Source: a virus. From it: a stretch of 64,000 nt of DNA. Location: the IMG/VR virus record IMGVR_UViG_3300045988_129957. The stretch is one strand, 5' to 3'. Position numbers and translations under genes: made by a program. Shown piece after piece: positions 47,756-58,147 of the stretch. Each line of letters begins with the position of its first letter. Positions within the stretch are counted from its first letter, which is position 1. Under the pieces are notes generated by a model. That model was not told the origin of the DNA. It worked only from the letters and a program-made list of their open reading frames with translations, and did not search any database.

Positions 47756-48022
47756 CTAAGGTAATAGATCATCCAAATAAGCCCATGATTCCATTTCATC
47801 TAATCTGCATAAAATACATCCTGGACGGCTGGATATAAAAGTTCTGTTCTCTTCCAATATACCCATAATTGGATTCTTTGATCCTATTGTTGATTTCTTA
47901 GGGAGAAACACAATAAAACGGTGGCAATCTGGAATTACTGTTATAGAATGCCACACGCTGTTAATGCGCCATTCTGCACCAGCTTTAAAAAGAGGAACAG
48001 CAAATTCTATATCTTGTTTCAT
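47756..48022 (-). CDS. Hypothetical small protein (88 aa)
   Basis: ORF. Confidence 0.35.
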   Translation of the reverse strand: MKQDIEFAVPLFKAGAEWRINSVWHSITVIPDCHRFIVFLPKKSTIGSKNPIMGILEENRTFISSRPGCILCRLDEMESWAYLDDLLP

Positions 48023-48066
48023 GTCTTATTATTGTTTAATTAATTTAAATATTTTTAGTTTTGAAA

Positions 48067-48312
48067 TTATTTAATATGCTTATCGGCTGGATTGATTATC
48101 AATCCATCGTCACATGAAGGGAATGATATGTTAGATTCTCCATTATCAAGATTAGCCAGTTTAACCGTTCCAGCATATTCATCATCCACAAAAAACAATT
48201 GACCCGAAGAAACCACAAACCTGCATTGATATGCATTCATCATTGCTCCAAGTTGTCTAATCTTAGTTTTAATCTCTAAAAGTTGAGCGTTGTTGATTAT
48301 ATTCTTATTCAT
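48067..48312 (-). CDS. Hypothetical small protein (81 aa)
   Basis: ORF. Confidence 0.35.
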   Translation of the reverse strand: MNKNIINNAQLLEIKTKIRQLGAMMNAYQCRFVVSSGQLFFVDDEYAGTVKLANLDNGESNISFPSCDDGLIINPADKHIK

Positions 48313-48465
48313 ATTTTATTAAAGTTTATCTATTATTTTGTCACCCATTTCCTGCCATTCATCACTCACGCTTATAACCAATCCTATGACAGTTGATGAT
48401 AATAACAATGTAAAAATAAGCCATAACAGAAAGCAGATAAAAACACATACATACCTCATGATTTT

Positions 48466-49212
48466 TTAGTTGTTAGATAAAAGCAAAATCGGTTCATTTG
48501 ACTCCGCAATTGCTTTTATTTGTTCTGGATTGACAAAACTCTTAACTTGTTCGCTTATATTACAAATGGACTTGATCATATCAACGAATAATTTCGAGGT
48601 ACATTCGTTACACTCCACTTCCATTACCTGTTTATGTCTATTGTATGATATGCTCGTTACACAATTCAGCCAGTGCGCATAAGTTCCTTTTTCTGTATTT
48701 AACCTGCCGTATTCTACTTTTGTCTCTCCATTTCCATATTCAATTACTCTTTTTAGAAATGGTTTTGCATAAACACTAAAACCGAAAGGTTGGGTGTTTA
48801 AGGCATCTAAACGGGAAGTTCCATCTCTCCATTTTCCATTTTCATCGCCTCCTGTCCATTCCTTAGAGGGGTTAGGGACAATATTTCCGTTTTTGTCATA
48901 GGAAAACATGCAATTCGTTTCCAGTTGATACTTAATAACAGGCACTTCTTCTACTATTTTATAACTTAAACATCTCTTCAGAACTTCCCTGATTTGACTT
49001 TCCAAATCAGAAAGTGCTATACTATTGAAATATCCTTCGTTGCCTAATCTGTTTGTAGGTAATTTGATCCTATAAGAATGAATCTTATCCACATCTTCTT
49101 TTGACAATGTAGTGGTAAACACTCCTTCTTTGGTGACATTCACTTTAACAGTTACGGACAAACTGTTATTAGCGTTCTTTTCCGTTATATTTAGTGTTGT
49201 TAATGCTGCCAT
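48466..49212 (-). CDS. Hypothetical protein (248 aa)
   Basis: ORF. Confidence 0.45.
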   Translation of the reverse strand: MAALTTLNITEKNANNSLSVTVKVNVTKEGVFTTTLSKEDVDKIHSYRIKLPTNRLGNEGYFNSIALSDLESQIREVLKRCLSYKIVEEVPVIKYQLETNCMFSYDKNGNIVPNPSKEWTGGDENGKWRDGTSRLDALNTQPFGFSVYAKPFLKRVIEYGNGETKVEYGRLNTEKGTYAHWLNCVTSISYNRHKQVMEVECNECTSKLFVDMIKSICNISEQVKSFVNPEQIKAIAESNEPILLLSNN

Positions 49213-49230
49213 AATCAGATCTTTTTAAAA

Positions 49231-49482
49231 TCAATTCGAATAAATATAATACATTCCTGCTTCATATACCTTATGTACATCAGGGTCATTCTTGTCTTCC
49301 GGTTCCAATTCGCTCTCTTCACGAGTATAATCCCATTCAGAGTTGTAGTACATATTCTCATTTGTTTTCTCCAAGGAGCAATCTTTCATCAAATTCAGAT
49401 ATTCTCCCCAAACTGCAACTTCTTGCTGTTGCTCTTCTTCTGTCATAAGAGATATTTTGTCTTTCAATTCTTTCCAGGTCAT
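49231..49482 (-). CDS. Hypothetical acidic protein (83 aa)
   Basis: ORF. Confidence 0.35.
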   Translation of the reverse strand: MTWKELKDKISLMTEEEQQQEVAVWGEYLNLMKDCSLEKTNENMYYNSEWDYTREESELEPEDKNDPDVHKVYEAGMYYIYSN

Positions 49483-49511
49483 AGCTTGATTTATAAAAGG
49501 TGATTACTAAT

Positions 49512-49895
49512 TCATTCCACATCAAAAAGTTGATCCAATACCAATAATTCCGCATTCATATCTTCATCTTTTGGGAAACGAACTTTTATGTTCCCAAACT
49601 TAGATGTTTTGAATAAAATGTAGGGATTCATATCCTCGGCAGTTACCGGTTTATATTCCTTGATTTCCGACATCTTGAGATACCAGTCGCCTATTTTCAC
49701 AAATCCGGAGAAGACAGAACACAGATGCGCTTTTACAGACTGTATCTCCTTTTTATCTTTGAAAGGTATAATTTCCTCCTTCCCTCTTATCCTGATTGAC
49801 AGGAAAGGACAAATATTATCTGTTTCATTTTGGAACTTAAAGCCTGTTATAGCCTGCTTTGGGATTCTTCTCCCCATTAATACAAAATAGCTCAT
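49512..49895 (-). CDS. Hypothetical protein (127 aa), last gene of NTase-ATPase operon
   Basis: 12-nt gap from ATPase gene. Confidence 0.4.
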   Translation of the reverse strand: MSYFVLMGRRIPKQAITGFKFQNETDNICPFLSIRIRGKEEIIPFKDKKEIQSVKAHLCSVFSGFVKIGDWYLKMSEIKEYKPVTAEDMNPYILFKTSKFGNIKVRFPKDEDMNAELLVLDQLFDVE

Positions 49896-49907
49896 TGTTG
49901 AAAATAT

Positions 49908-50705
49908 TTAATTGGACATAAATACACAAGTTTTACTAAGATATCCTTCTGTCATCTCTATGAAATTCACACAATCTAATTTGCTTAATTTGTAAATCAA
50001 TGCCGGATTGTGTATTATGGCTATAATTTGTGTTTGTGGTTTATGGAATGATAATACATTATAAATTTGCATTATATTGTCAATGTCAAGATTCCTGTCT
50101 GGCTCATCCATGAGAACCGTGTATTCAAAACTGCTTTCTGCTAATGTTATGCGGTTTCTTTTATAATACTTCAACAGATTATCAATCCTTTTAATCCAAA
50201 ACGCATTTGATTTTTTCTTGTATTCTACAAGATCTTGTATTGGAAACGTATAATCCTTTTGACCGAACATTAAATTGAAAAGTGATTCCAATGATAACAC
50301 CACTTTCTCTCCATAAGATCTTCTAATATTATTCACATACAAATCAAAGTTGCTGATGTTTTTCAATACACTATCTCGATTCATCTCCGCCGATGGCAAT
50401 AAACGGAATACTTTCCCTGCATAATCGGATGATATGTCAATCCCATCAAGAACCTTGTCATCATCATCAAATATAGGTGGAAAATCCAGTGCCTCGATCG
50501 GTATTTCAGAGCACATGGATTTCTCACATAACGCATACATTGATATGATGTTAAGCAAAGTTGATTTTCCACTACCGTTTTTACCTACAATCACATTCAC
50601 TCCTGGCTTGAAAATAAATTCTCTACTATTTTCAAACGCTTCTATGTCAGAAGCATATTCAAAAGGAGTTTTTGTATTGTCTTTTATTTTCACTGATGTT
50701 ATCAT
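49908..50705 (-). CDS. ABC/SMC-like P-loop ATPase (AAA_21-type), 265 aa
   Basis: Walker A GKNGSGKST, Walker B VLMDEPDRNLD, H-loop IIAIIHNP. Confidence 0.65.
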   Translation of the reverse strand: MITSVKIKDNTKTPFEYASDIEAFENSREFIFKPGVNVIVGKNGSGKSTLLNIISMYALCEKSMCSEIPIEALDFPPIFDDDDKVLDGIDISSDYAGKVFRLLPSAEMNRDSVLKNISNFDLYVNNIRRSYGEKVVLSLESLFNLMFGQKDYTFPIQDLVEYKKKSNAFWIKRIDNLLKYYKRNRITLAESSFEYTVLMDEPDRNLDIDNIMQIYNVLSFHKPQTQIIAIIHNPALIYKLSKLDCVNFIEMTEGYLSKTCVFMSN

Positions 50706-50716
50706 TGTAATCCTTT

Positions 50717-51571
50717 TTAAAAATCAATTACCGCCCGAACCCTGCTACTGTTGTACTTGTCACTGTAGTACGCGCTACCAATGGAGAAGTCCACGTACCA
50801 CGCGACGCTCGGGCTGCTCTCAGTACTGGACCAATACCACGTCGAGGAGAGGGGAGATGCCGAAACATAAGTGAATGCTTTGTTTAGTTCGTCCATATAA
50901 TGGGCCATTAAATTTAATTGACCAAGAGATGGTATATACTCGCCATCTTCCAGCAGATTTCTCAATTTTGGATTTCTGGTTACAAGGCGTTCCGTATTGC
51001 CGCGTCCGTCAATGTCAAACAGCGCATCACATTCACGTTCGTAATATGTTCCACTTCCGGATTTTTCACGGCTATCATCGTCAAGCAATTGTATGATATC
51101 ATGCTCCGTCAGTGAGATTGCAAATGACATGTATCTGTGCTTCAACCCAATGTATCGTACACAATCTTTGGAGTTATCGCCGGTAAACGGCTCTGCATGT
51201 CCGTCTTTGTAGATTATATACAGTCCGTCAGTTGACTCTTTCTTATCCTCTTCGGATGGTACTCTGTTTTCACATGTACATTTCTCACTTTTGGATCTTA
51301 CGATTATATTCAACTCATTTAATACATGATTCCTGATGACGCTCTCGCACGCTTTTCTTACAAAATCATGATCTCTTCGTTTGAGTTCATCATTCACCAT
51401 GCATCTGATCCAGTTTTCTATCTGGTTGTCACCTCCATATGTATTAACCATGTACCGTTTTACGTGTTTCTCCAATAACGGCTCTATGTTTTTGATTATA
51501 TCTTCTTTGGTAAGGTGAAGTTCATTTAATATACAGTTCCTTACTGCCTTGTATTCTTTACTTGTGCTCAT
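50717..51571 (-). CDS. Protein with C-terminal DUF1566/Lcl-like domain (284 aa)
   Basis: C-terminus WYWSSTESSPSVAWYVDFSIGSAYYSDKYNSSRVRAVIDF resembles DUF1566 signature (WSST...AW.V.F..G...VRaV); from memory, no search run. Confidence 0.45.
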   Translation of the reverse strand: MSTSKEYKAVRNCILNELHLTKEDIIKNIEPLLEKHVKRYMVNTYGGDNQIENWIRCMVNDELKRRDHDFVRKACESVIRNHVLNELNIIVRSKSEKCTCENRVPSEEDKKESTDGLYIIYKDGHAEPFTGDNSKDCVRYIGLKHRYMSFAISLTEHDIIQLLDDDSREKSGSGTYYERECDALFDIDGRGNTERLVTRNPKLRNLLEDGEYIPSLGQLNLMAHYMDELNKAFTYVSASPLSSTWYWSSTESSPSVAWYVDFSIGSAYYSDKYNSSRVRAVIDF

Positions 51572-51582
51572 GATATGCCCAT

Positions 51583-52050
51583 TTAATACTGTGAATCATA
51601 TTTTCTTTCTCTCCCGCTGTCTTCCCCTATAGGATTATCCCATCCGTATTTTACAGCCGTAGCTTTAAATAGAGGTAGCCCGTAAAATCTATAATCATCC
51701 TCATCCCAGTCTTCAAGACCTTCTTCCAGGATGTAGTTCCACATCATTACACATTCAAACATTAAACTGGCTGATATTCCTCTCTGATTTAATGCCTTTT
51801 CAAAACCGAATCTTACATCTTCTTCAAGCTGTTTCAAAACATTCTCCCTGGTAAATTCAACTACAGTACTGTTCCACCTTTCTTCGTTATTGTATTCTTC
51901 GTTCGGCTCCATACCGAAATCCTTTATCATGTTATATGGGATAAATTTAGCCAGTCTGTTAAAATCTCTACCGTCTAAACATTTTGATGCTAATCCTTTA
52001 AGTTGTTCTAATGTTTTCATAAGCAATTTTGTTTTATAGGTTAATCCCAT
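51583..52050 (-). CDS. Hypothetical protein (155 aa)
   Basis: ORF, 10-nt overlap with NTase gene. Confidence 0.4.
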   Translation of the reverse strand: MGLTYKTKLLMKTLEQLKGLASKCLDGRDFNRLAKFIPYNMIKDFGMEPNEEYNNEERWNSTVVEFTRENVLKQLEEDVRFGFEKALNQRGISASLMFECVMMWNYILEEGLEDWDEDDYRFYGLPLFKATAVKYGWDNPIGEDSGRERKYDSQY

Positions 52051-52703
52051 CCTCCAGTAGTGTACAAAGATACATCTTCCTCCTCTACGTTTACACCTTT
52101 AATAGCCTGTAGAAGTTTTTTCTTTGTCTCCCGGCACATATTGTAACCATATCCTTTATACCGATATGAGCGCTCCCATGTACTTACTGGAAAAGGAATA
52201 TTTTCGTCAATGACCAGCCTCTTCATATGAAGATGTTCGAAGAATTTCTCATGATAGAGTAGTTTGTACTCGTATGCTACTATACTTGCAGATGAGAATG
52301 GAAAATAATCATCTTCTTTTTCTTCGTATTTGGGCTCCTTATAGTAAGCCATTTTTGTCACAGTAAAATCGAAGCTCCTAAGAATCTCTTTCGGCTTTCC
52401 AAACTCTGACTCTATGAACTCTATCCATACCTTTTCTCCCTCTTTCTGGAACGCACATACCTTCTCATTTCTGTACTTAAATTTCCATCCTTCTTTCTGA
52501 TGTTTTTCATCATTGAACGAATCAATAGCCTCCTGAAAATCGCTTTCACTTTCAAAGAAAATATCAATGTCTTTTACTCTTTCTCCGGAAAGGATATTTT
52601 TAAAACATCCACCAGCTATGAATCCTTTGTGGCCTTCCATATACTTGTCAAGCCATCTTATTTGCCAGAAATTATCTGGAGTATCTATTACAAAATTATT
52701 CAT
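52041..52703 (-). CDS. Pol-beta-superfamily nucleotidyltransferase-fold protein (220 aa)
   Basis: GFIAGGCFKNILSGERVKDIDIFF = hG[GS]x9-13DhDh NTase signature; third acidic residue candidate in SFDFTV strand. Confidence 0.5.
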   Translation of the reverse strand: MNNFVIDTPDNFWQIRWLDKYMEGHKGFIAGGCFKNILSGERVKDIDIFFESESDFQEAIDSFNDEKHQKEGWKFKYRNEKVCAFQKEGEKVWIEFIESEFGKPKEILRSFDFTVTKMAYYKEPKYEEKEDDYFPFSSASIVAYEYKLLYHEKFFEHLHMKRLVIDENIPFPVSTWERSYRYKGYGYNMCRETKKKLLQAIKGVNVEEEDVSLYTTGGWD

Positions 52704-52721
52704 ATTGTTTATGTTTTGCCG

Positions 52722-52976
52722 TTACCAAGCGAGATAAAAATTCCGCTTCACAATAATACAATGAGTGTAATTACTCAGGTCGATTCCGTTGTCCGTAAAT
52801 GCATCCAGGACCCGTTTTTCCACGTATTTGAGTTTTACTGTTATCCCCTTCTTAAACACTTCTATTAACTTCTCATTGCACTCAATAGGTCCAATAAGAC
52901 AGTATCTATTCGAAGGACTGTCTGATATACAATATGTCTGACATCCTAACATGTTGCTTAAAATTACTTCGTTCAT
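52722..52976 (-). CDS. Hypothetical protein (84 aa)
   Basis: ORF. Confidence 0.35.
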   Translation of the reverse strand: MNEVILSNMLGCQTYCISDSPSNRYCLIGPIECNEKLIEVFKKGITVKLKYVEKRVLDAFTDNGIDLSNYTHCIIVKRNFYLAW

Positions 52977-52983
52977 AATTTCT

Positions 52984-53460
52984 CTATGATTCTAATATGG
53001 TGTCTACAAACTCCGTTATTTTATCAACGGATTCTTTTGATAAGGTATATCTTCTCCAATCCCATCTAAAATGCGCTTTTGGGAGATTTTTAGTAGAATA
53101 TTTTTCATTTCCGTCCTTGTTAGTCCATTCGTAATTATCCTCTAGATCCGCCACTTTTATCCCCGATTTAGGTCCGTTACGAAAGCTATATAGCATTCTT
53201 ATAACCGATTCAAAATCCGAACCTATATCAAATAGCATATGATACACCTTGTTTATTAAAGCCCTATCAGCTTGTTCCAAGTCTTCACCAAACAACTCTC
53301 TTACACTCCAATTTTTCATTTCTGAATAACGAATGAAATTAAGTTTCCCTTTTTCTATATTAGGATTTTTTCTTGATAATACAAGCTCCAAATCTTTCAC
53401 AAATGATTCTTTTAGCTTCTGTTGTCCTAACAAGGCGGTGTATTTACTTACTATATCCAT
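52984..53460 (-). CDS. Hypothetical protein (158 aa)
   Basis: ORF. Confidence 0.4.
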   Translation of the reverse strand: MDIVSKYTALLGQQKLKESFVKDLELVLSRKNPNIEKGKLNFIRYSEMKNWSVRELFGEDLEQADRALINKVYHMLFDIGSDFESVIRMLYSFRNGPKSGIKVADLEDNYEWTNKDGNEKYSTKNLPKAHFRWDWRRYTLSKESVDKITEFVDTILES

Positions 53461-53819
53461 TATCCAAAGTTTTTTAATATTGCTCCAAACGAATCATATT
53501 TAACCCCTAATATATCATGTGCCTTTTGGGATCCACATTCACATTTTCCTACCTTCTGTCCTGATCCACACCCGCATAAGCCTATTCCCCAATGGTTGAC
53601 ACAGTGGTCGCAGCAGTAGGACTGGTGAAGTCATGTGGCATCACCAGTATCCAAATCCAATTTTTCAAATGTTTCCCAAAACATGCTATTCGAAGCACTA
53701 TTATCAAATCTGATAGTGACTGCACCGCATTTACATTTTTGTATGTATTCTATTTTCATATATGTTCCATTTTCAAAATATCTGGGGACAGATATTCTTG
53801 CAACTCCAATTTGCGTACA

Positions 53820-54551
53820 TTAAAGCGCCTCATCAGTTCCTAAAAGATGCTCGTTACCCTCAAAATGAATACAATAATCCCATAATGTTCCATTAGAACA
53901 TTCGTACTTATAAGGCAATCTATTATAATCGTCCACAATTTCCCTTGCAAACAAACTGATATTCCATTTTTTATTTCCTTCTTTTCTTACCAGCACTTTA
54001 TCAAACGGCTTAAACTCATATTTCGGCTCTTCTTTAATCCCGAAGAAGCGTTTCAGATACTCTTTAGCTTTAGGTTCTTTGCTTGCCTTTAATGCGTCAA
54101 CCAACTTTTGTCTTTCGGACTCAGTGGCAAATCTGTATTTTTCTATCTGATTTTCCCCAGCAGATAAACCATCTTTTATTTTAAGAATACCTTTTTGATT
54201 TAAAGAGGCATAAAAAGACGTTAAATATTTCCCATGTGTATTTAAAATAAAGATATAGCTACCATCTTTATTACTTAACACCTCTCCATCTTTAAATGTA
54301 ATATATTCTGGAACTTCAAGAAGGAGGCGATTTTCGCTGCTAAGTGCTTTTCCTGTAGCAGAAAACCAGTCTGCCGATACAGAAATCGAATGAATTACAA
54401 CCAATAACGGACAATTTGACGAATTGTCTTCATATACGATTTCCGCTCTATTTTGTCCTTTCTCTGTCACAATACGACCTGCTATTTCCCCTATGTTTAT
54501 TTTTTTCGCCGTTTCTAAATCAAACGGAATTGTTGCTGTTCTCTGTTCCAT
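53820..54551 (-). CDS. Hypothetical protein (243 aa), paralog of adjacent gene
   Basis: Shares PFDL.T..KI..GEI, KPFD.VLVR, W..LFAR, YKYEC, GNEHLLGT with 54556..55299. Confidence 0.5.
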   Translation of the reverse strand: MEQRTATIPFDLETAKKINIGEIAGRIVTEKGQNRAEIVYEDNSSNCPLLVVIHSISVSADWFSATGKALSSENRLLLEVPEYITFKDGEVLSNKDGSYIFILNTHGKYLTSFYASLNQKGILKIKDGLSAGENQIEKYRFATESERQKLVDALKASKEPKAKEYLKRFFGIKEEPKYEFKPFDKVLVRKEGNKKWNISLFAREIVDDYNRLPYKYECSNGTLWDYCIHFEGNEHLLGTDEAL

Positions 54552-54555
54552 GATC

Positions 54556-55299
54556 TTATTTGCTTTTATTAGTTCCTAAAAGATGCTCATTTCCTTGGTA
54601 TGGGATACACTCTTTGTATCTCAAACCTCCCAAGCATTCATATTTATATTCTTCTTCTCTTACTCTGGCAAATAAGTGTAGATTCCAATTTCCCAAATTG
54701 CTTGCTCTCACCAAGACTTGATCGAATGGCTTAAAATCGCATTTCTTTTCTTTAGTCAGCAAGTATTCGTACTCACTTAGATATTGTTTTATTATTCCTG
54801 CTTTTTTAAGGTTTTCTGTATTAGCAATTCTTTCAGCAAAAGATTTTTTCTCTTCCTCTGTAGCTAATCTAACATACTTGGATTTATCCTCACCGCACAC
54901 ACTTGTCCATATTGGAACTTCTTCAGATGTAATCTCGCCATATGCCGATATACCATATATGCATCCCATATCTCCTTCTCTATTAATAATACCATTATAT
55001 ATAAATGGGTTCCCAAGCGTGCTTATTAATACATCTCCTTTCTTAAAATACGCTCCAGCCTCTACTTCCAATTCCAGAACGTTGTTGAAAAAAGTACGAC
55101 CTTCTGTATCGGCATATATAGCACTTATCCCAGATTCATCTTTTTTTACAAAAAGTAAATTATAACGATCTGCACAGTCTTTTGACTCATATACAAATTC
55201 TATTTTAATATTACCAATTAATACTGAACCTTCTATTTCTCCGCTTTTAATTTTTCTCACCGTATTTAAATCAAACGGAACAATAATTGGATTTTCCAT
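54556..55299 (-). CDS. Hypothetical protein (247 aa), paralog of adjacent gene
   Basis: See paralog; tandem duplication. Confidence 0.5.
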   Translation of the reverse strand: MENPIIVPFDLNTVRKIKSGEIEGSVLIGNIKIEFVYESKDCADRYNLLFVKKDESGISAIYADTEGRTFFNNVLELEVEAGAYFKKGDVLISTLGNPFIYNGIINREGDMGCIYGISAYGEITSEEVPIWTSVCGEDKSKYVRLATEEEKKSFAERIANTENLKKAGIIKQYLSEYEYLLTKEKKCDFKPFDQVLVRASNLGNWNLHLFARVREEEYKYECLGGLRYKECIPYQGNEHLLGTNKSK

Positions 55300-55345
55300 A
55301 TCTTTTTATTTTTAATTATGTAATCAATAAAACAAGATGGGTTAC

Positions 55346-56407
55346 TTAAACCCATCCCAGTTGTTTTGCTATTCTCTCCATTTCGTTATATGCTATCCTA
55401 TGACATCCAGCGGTTAGCAAATCGTTTTCGTACCGATTTAGACTCCACTGGTGACCGGCGATGTCCTCCACCAGACCGTGCCGAAACTCGGCGCCCCGGT
55501 GCATTGCCGACACAGCCCGCCACAGTTTTCTGGCTTCTGCTATTCCAATCTTTATCTGTTTACTTGTCTCAATAATATTTCCTTTTATACGAATCCAGGC
55601 GTTAGGTTTTTCACCAGGAATATATAAAGGTGTATTCAAGAAATTGATTTCTCCTGACTTCCACTCTTCCAGTTTTTCATCAAAATCCTTGTAACGGGCT
55701 TCTTCTTCCTTTCTTAATCTCTCTAGTTTTATTCTTTCTCTTTCTTCCTCACCCTTTCTCCATCTTTCAGATCTTTCTGAATACTTAATCCATGTACCTT
55801 CCCCGCAAACTTCATCAACAATCACATTTACGGTCCCTAACACTTTTAATCCTTGATGATCCAATAAAATTTGAAAGATGCGTTTTAATTCATGTACGTG
55901 CTTACGCTTGATACTATCTCCGCTCTTGGATAATTCATGATTGGTTCCAAGCCAATCATTAGCACTCTTTTTAAGGATACTCTTAGCAGTTCCCATGTTA
56001 AAGAACTGAATGTAATCCATCATATTCCCAAAAGCGCCCCAAATATCTGTATAAGATAATTCTGTTTTAGCTCTTTTGTATTTTTCAATAGACTTCTTAA
56101 TTGATTCCAGTTTGCTGGCAACAAACCTCATATTACCAGTATCCGATATATTATCCCCTACACTGAAAACCATTGCCCAAGTTGGTATCGCATTACGAAC
56201 ATAGCATTGATGTTTGCTCGTGGTAACAGAATAATAATCTTCATTTATCAGGTATGCTTTCTTCCCTTGTTTGTTTTTTACTATTCTCCCGACTTCAAAG
56301 TGATACCCATAAGAATAAATACTTGTACCTTCAAAGAAGAAATTGCTCCCTGATGCTGATTCTTCTTGTTCATGAGCCCACAAGTGAGCGACCATTGAAT
56401 TGTTCAT
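55346..56407 (-). CDS. Hypothetical protein (353 aa)
   Basis: ORF. Confidence 0.45.
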   Translation of the reverse strand: MNNSMVAHLWAHEQEESASGSNFFFEGTSIYSYGYHFEVGRIVKNKQGKKAYLINEDYYSVTTSKHQCYVRNAIPTWAMVFSVGDNISDTGNMRFVASKLESIKKSIEKYKRAKTELSYTDIWGAFGNMMDYIQFFNMGTAKSILKKSANDWLGTNHELSKSGDSIKRKHVHELKRIFQILLDHQGLKVLGTVNVIVDEVCGEGTWIKYSERSERWRKGEEERERIKLERLRKEEEARYKDFDEKLEEWKSGEINFLNTPLYIPGEKPNAWIRIKGNIIETSKQIKIGIAEARKLWRAVSAMHRGAEFRHGLVEDIAGHQWSLNRYENDLLTAGCHRIAYNEMERIAKQLGWV

Positions 56408-56419
56408 ATAAATATCTTT

Positions 56420-56734
56420 TTAATTGTTTAACTTACCTTTATCATATGACATTCTCTTTTCGTATTTTTCAATACGTTCGGTTATCATATCGCAGAAGAC
56501 TTGCCCCTCTTTTTCGGAACCTCTGAAGTAACCAATCATCTTCAGGATATTCCCGTTAAACTCATGGACAAACTTGTTATAATAATGTTCACCCATAACT
56601 TTCCCGTATTTTCCCATAAACAAATCCTTGTCTAACGACTCATCCTTGAAACAACGGTTGTAATCCCATCTTACAATACGAAACAATGTTTCAAAATCCA
56701 ATCTTTCCATATCCTGTATTTTATTTAAGCTCAA
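56420..56734 (-). CDS. Hypothetical protein (104 aa)
   Basis: ORF. Confidence 0.35.
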   Translation of the reverse strand: MSLNKIQDMERLDFETLFRIVRWDYNRCFKDESLDKDLFMGKYGKVMGEHYYNKFVHEFNGNILKMIGYFRGSEKEGQVFCDMITERIEKYEKRMSYDKGKLNN

Positions 56735-57617
56735 ACTTAATACCTTCCGGCAACTGAGAGCGGTCTACCTTATTCACAAAATCATCAAACTCTTCCTGTG
56801 TGATTTTTTCTCCATAACCGTTCCAGTTGAAAGACAAAGTGTTCGTGTGAGAATAATATATAACATTATCGGTAGACAACCCATAATCAAACACACAGAG
56901 CATTATCTTCTTTTCTGCTTCTGCTTGTCTGATTTTCTTATCGTATCGCTCACAAATTTCAGCACGTTTTGCCGCCATCTTTGCTTTATGGGCTTCCACT
57001 CTGCGTTTCTCTATATTTTCTGAGGAATAATGCCCGGCTTTAATACGCTCTTCAATAAGAGATCGTTCCTCGTCCGTTAGTGTTAAAACAAATCTTTCTT
57101 CTTCCGGCTTATATGGATTAACCCACTTCTTACCACACAATTTTTCAAGTTCCGCAATAAGTTCTTCTGATTCTCTTTTCCATCTATCCACGATCCCCAG
57201 ATTGAAAAGCATATACCTGAAATACAACTTATCCTCAGAGGCTTTATATAATTCTACGCATTCTTGTTCTGATATACGCAAATACTCCATTGCCACAGAC
57301 ATACCGCTTCTTCTAACGTGATATATGCCATTTTCCACCGGATACATAGGAGCACCATAATGGTTACAAAGATGCAACGATATGAATTTTGCCAATTCCG
57401 GAAAATGTTTTGCAACTTCATCATGGCAGCAGCCTCCTAAGTAATCCTCATATTTTCCATGCTTGTTTTTCCAGTCAACGTCGGCTGTTATGCTCCAGTC
57501 GCATATGTTATTTTTGCAGTCATCATCCAAAGAGATTCTAACTGTTATTCTATAATCTTCTTCATTTTCTGTAAAGAATTTTGTACCTGAATAAAACAGT
57601 TTGTTTGTAGTTTCCAT
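56721..57617 (-). CDS. Hypothetical protein (298 aa)
   Basis: ORF. Confidence 0.45.
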   Translation of the reverse strand: METTNKLFYSGTKFFTENEEDYRITVRISLDDDCKNNICDWSITADVDWKNKHGKYEDYLGGCCHDEVAKHFPELAKFISLHLCNHYGAPMYPVENGIYHVRRSGMSVAMEYLRISEQECVELYKASEDKLYFRYMLFNLGIVDRWKRESEELIAELEKLCGKKWVNPYKPEEERFVLTLTDEERSLIEERIKAGHYSSENIEKRRVEAHKAKMAAKRAEICERYDKKIRQAEAEKKIMLCVFDYGLSTDNVIYYSHTNTLSFNWNGYGEKITQEEFDDFVNKVDRSQLPEGIKFELK

Positions 57618-57832
57618 ATTATTTTAGTTTAATCATTACACTTATGAAATTTATTATTCTACATCAATTATTCCATACTCTGCCACTTCCAACACATCCT
57701 GTACTATTTCCGGATAGTCAGTTGTATCTAACGAAGCATCTTGTACGTATGCTTCTGCTAATTTCTTGGCTTCTTCAAACGATTCGGCTTGTATATATAA
57801 GTCAAGCGTCAATGAAAACGGGTATAACATAG

Positions 57833-58147
57833 CTAATCGGTTATTCTGTAATAATAATCAAGTTCTTCTCCCTTAAAGTTGCTCATGGCATACTCGTCAG
57901 CTTCTCGCCACAACCGGTCATACAATGCAGCCAGTTCACGATTGCTTTCATAATGCTGCCAGATTTTATGATTCAATACGAGCGTTAATTCCGTGAAGAA
58001 CTTATAATCGTCTTTCCATTCATTGAACGCACGTCTGTAGGTATCTTTGACACCTACTATACCATACTTGTCGGCTATACTAAAATCTTCCCAAAAGGTA
58101 GTCAGTAGGTTATAGCCCACTTCTTTCATAAATTCTTTGAATGTCAT
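57833..58147 (-). CDS. Hypothetical protein (104 aa)
   Basis: ORF. Confidence 0.35.
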   Translation of the reverse strand: MTFKEFMKEVGYNLLTTFWEDFSIADKYGIVGVKDTYRRAFNEWKDDYKFFTELTLVLNHKIWQHYESNRELAALYDRLWREADEYAMSNFKGEELDYYYRITD

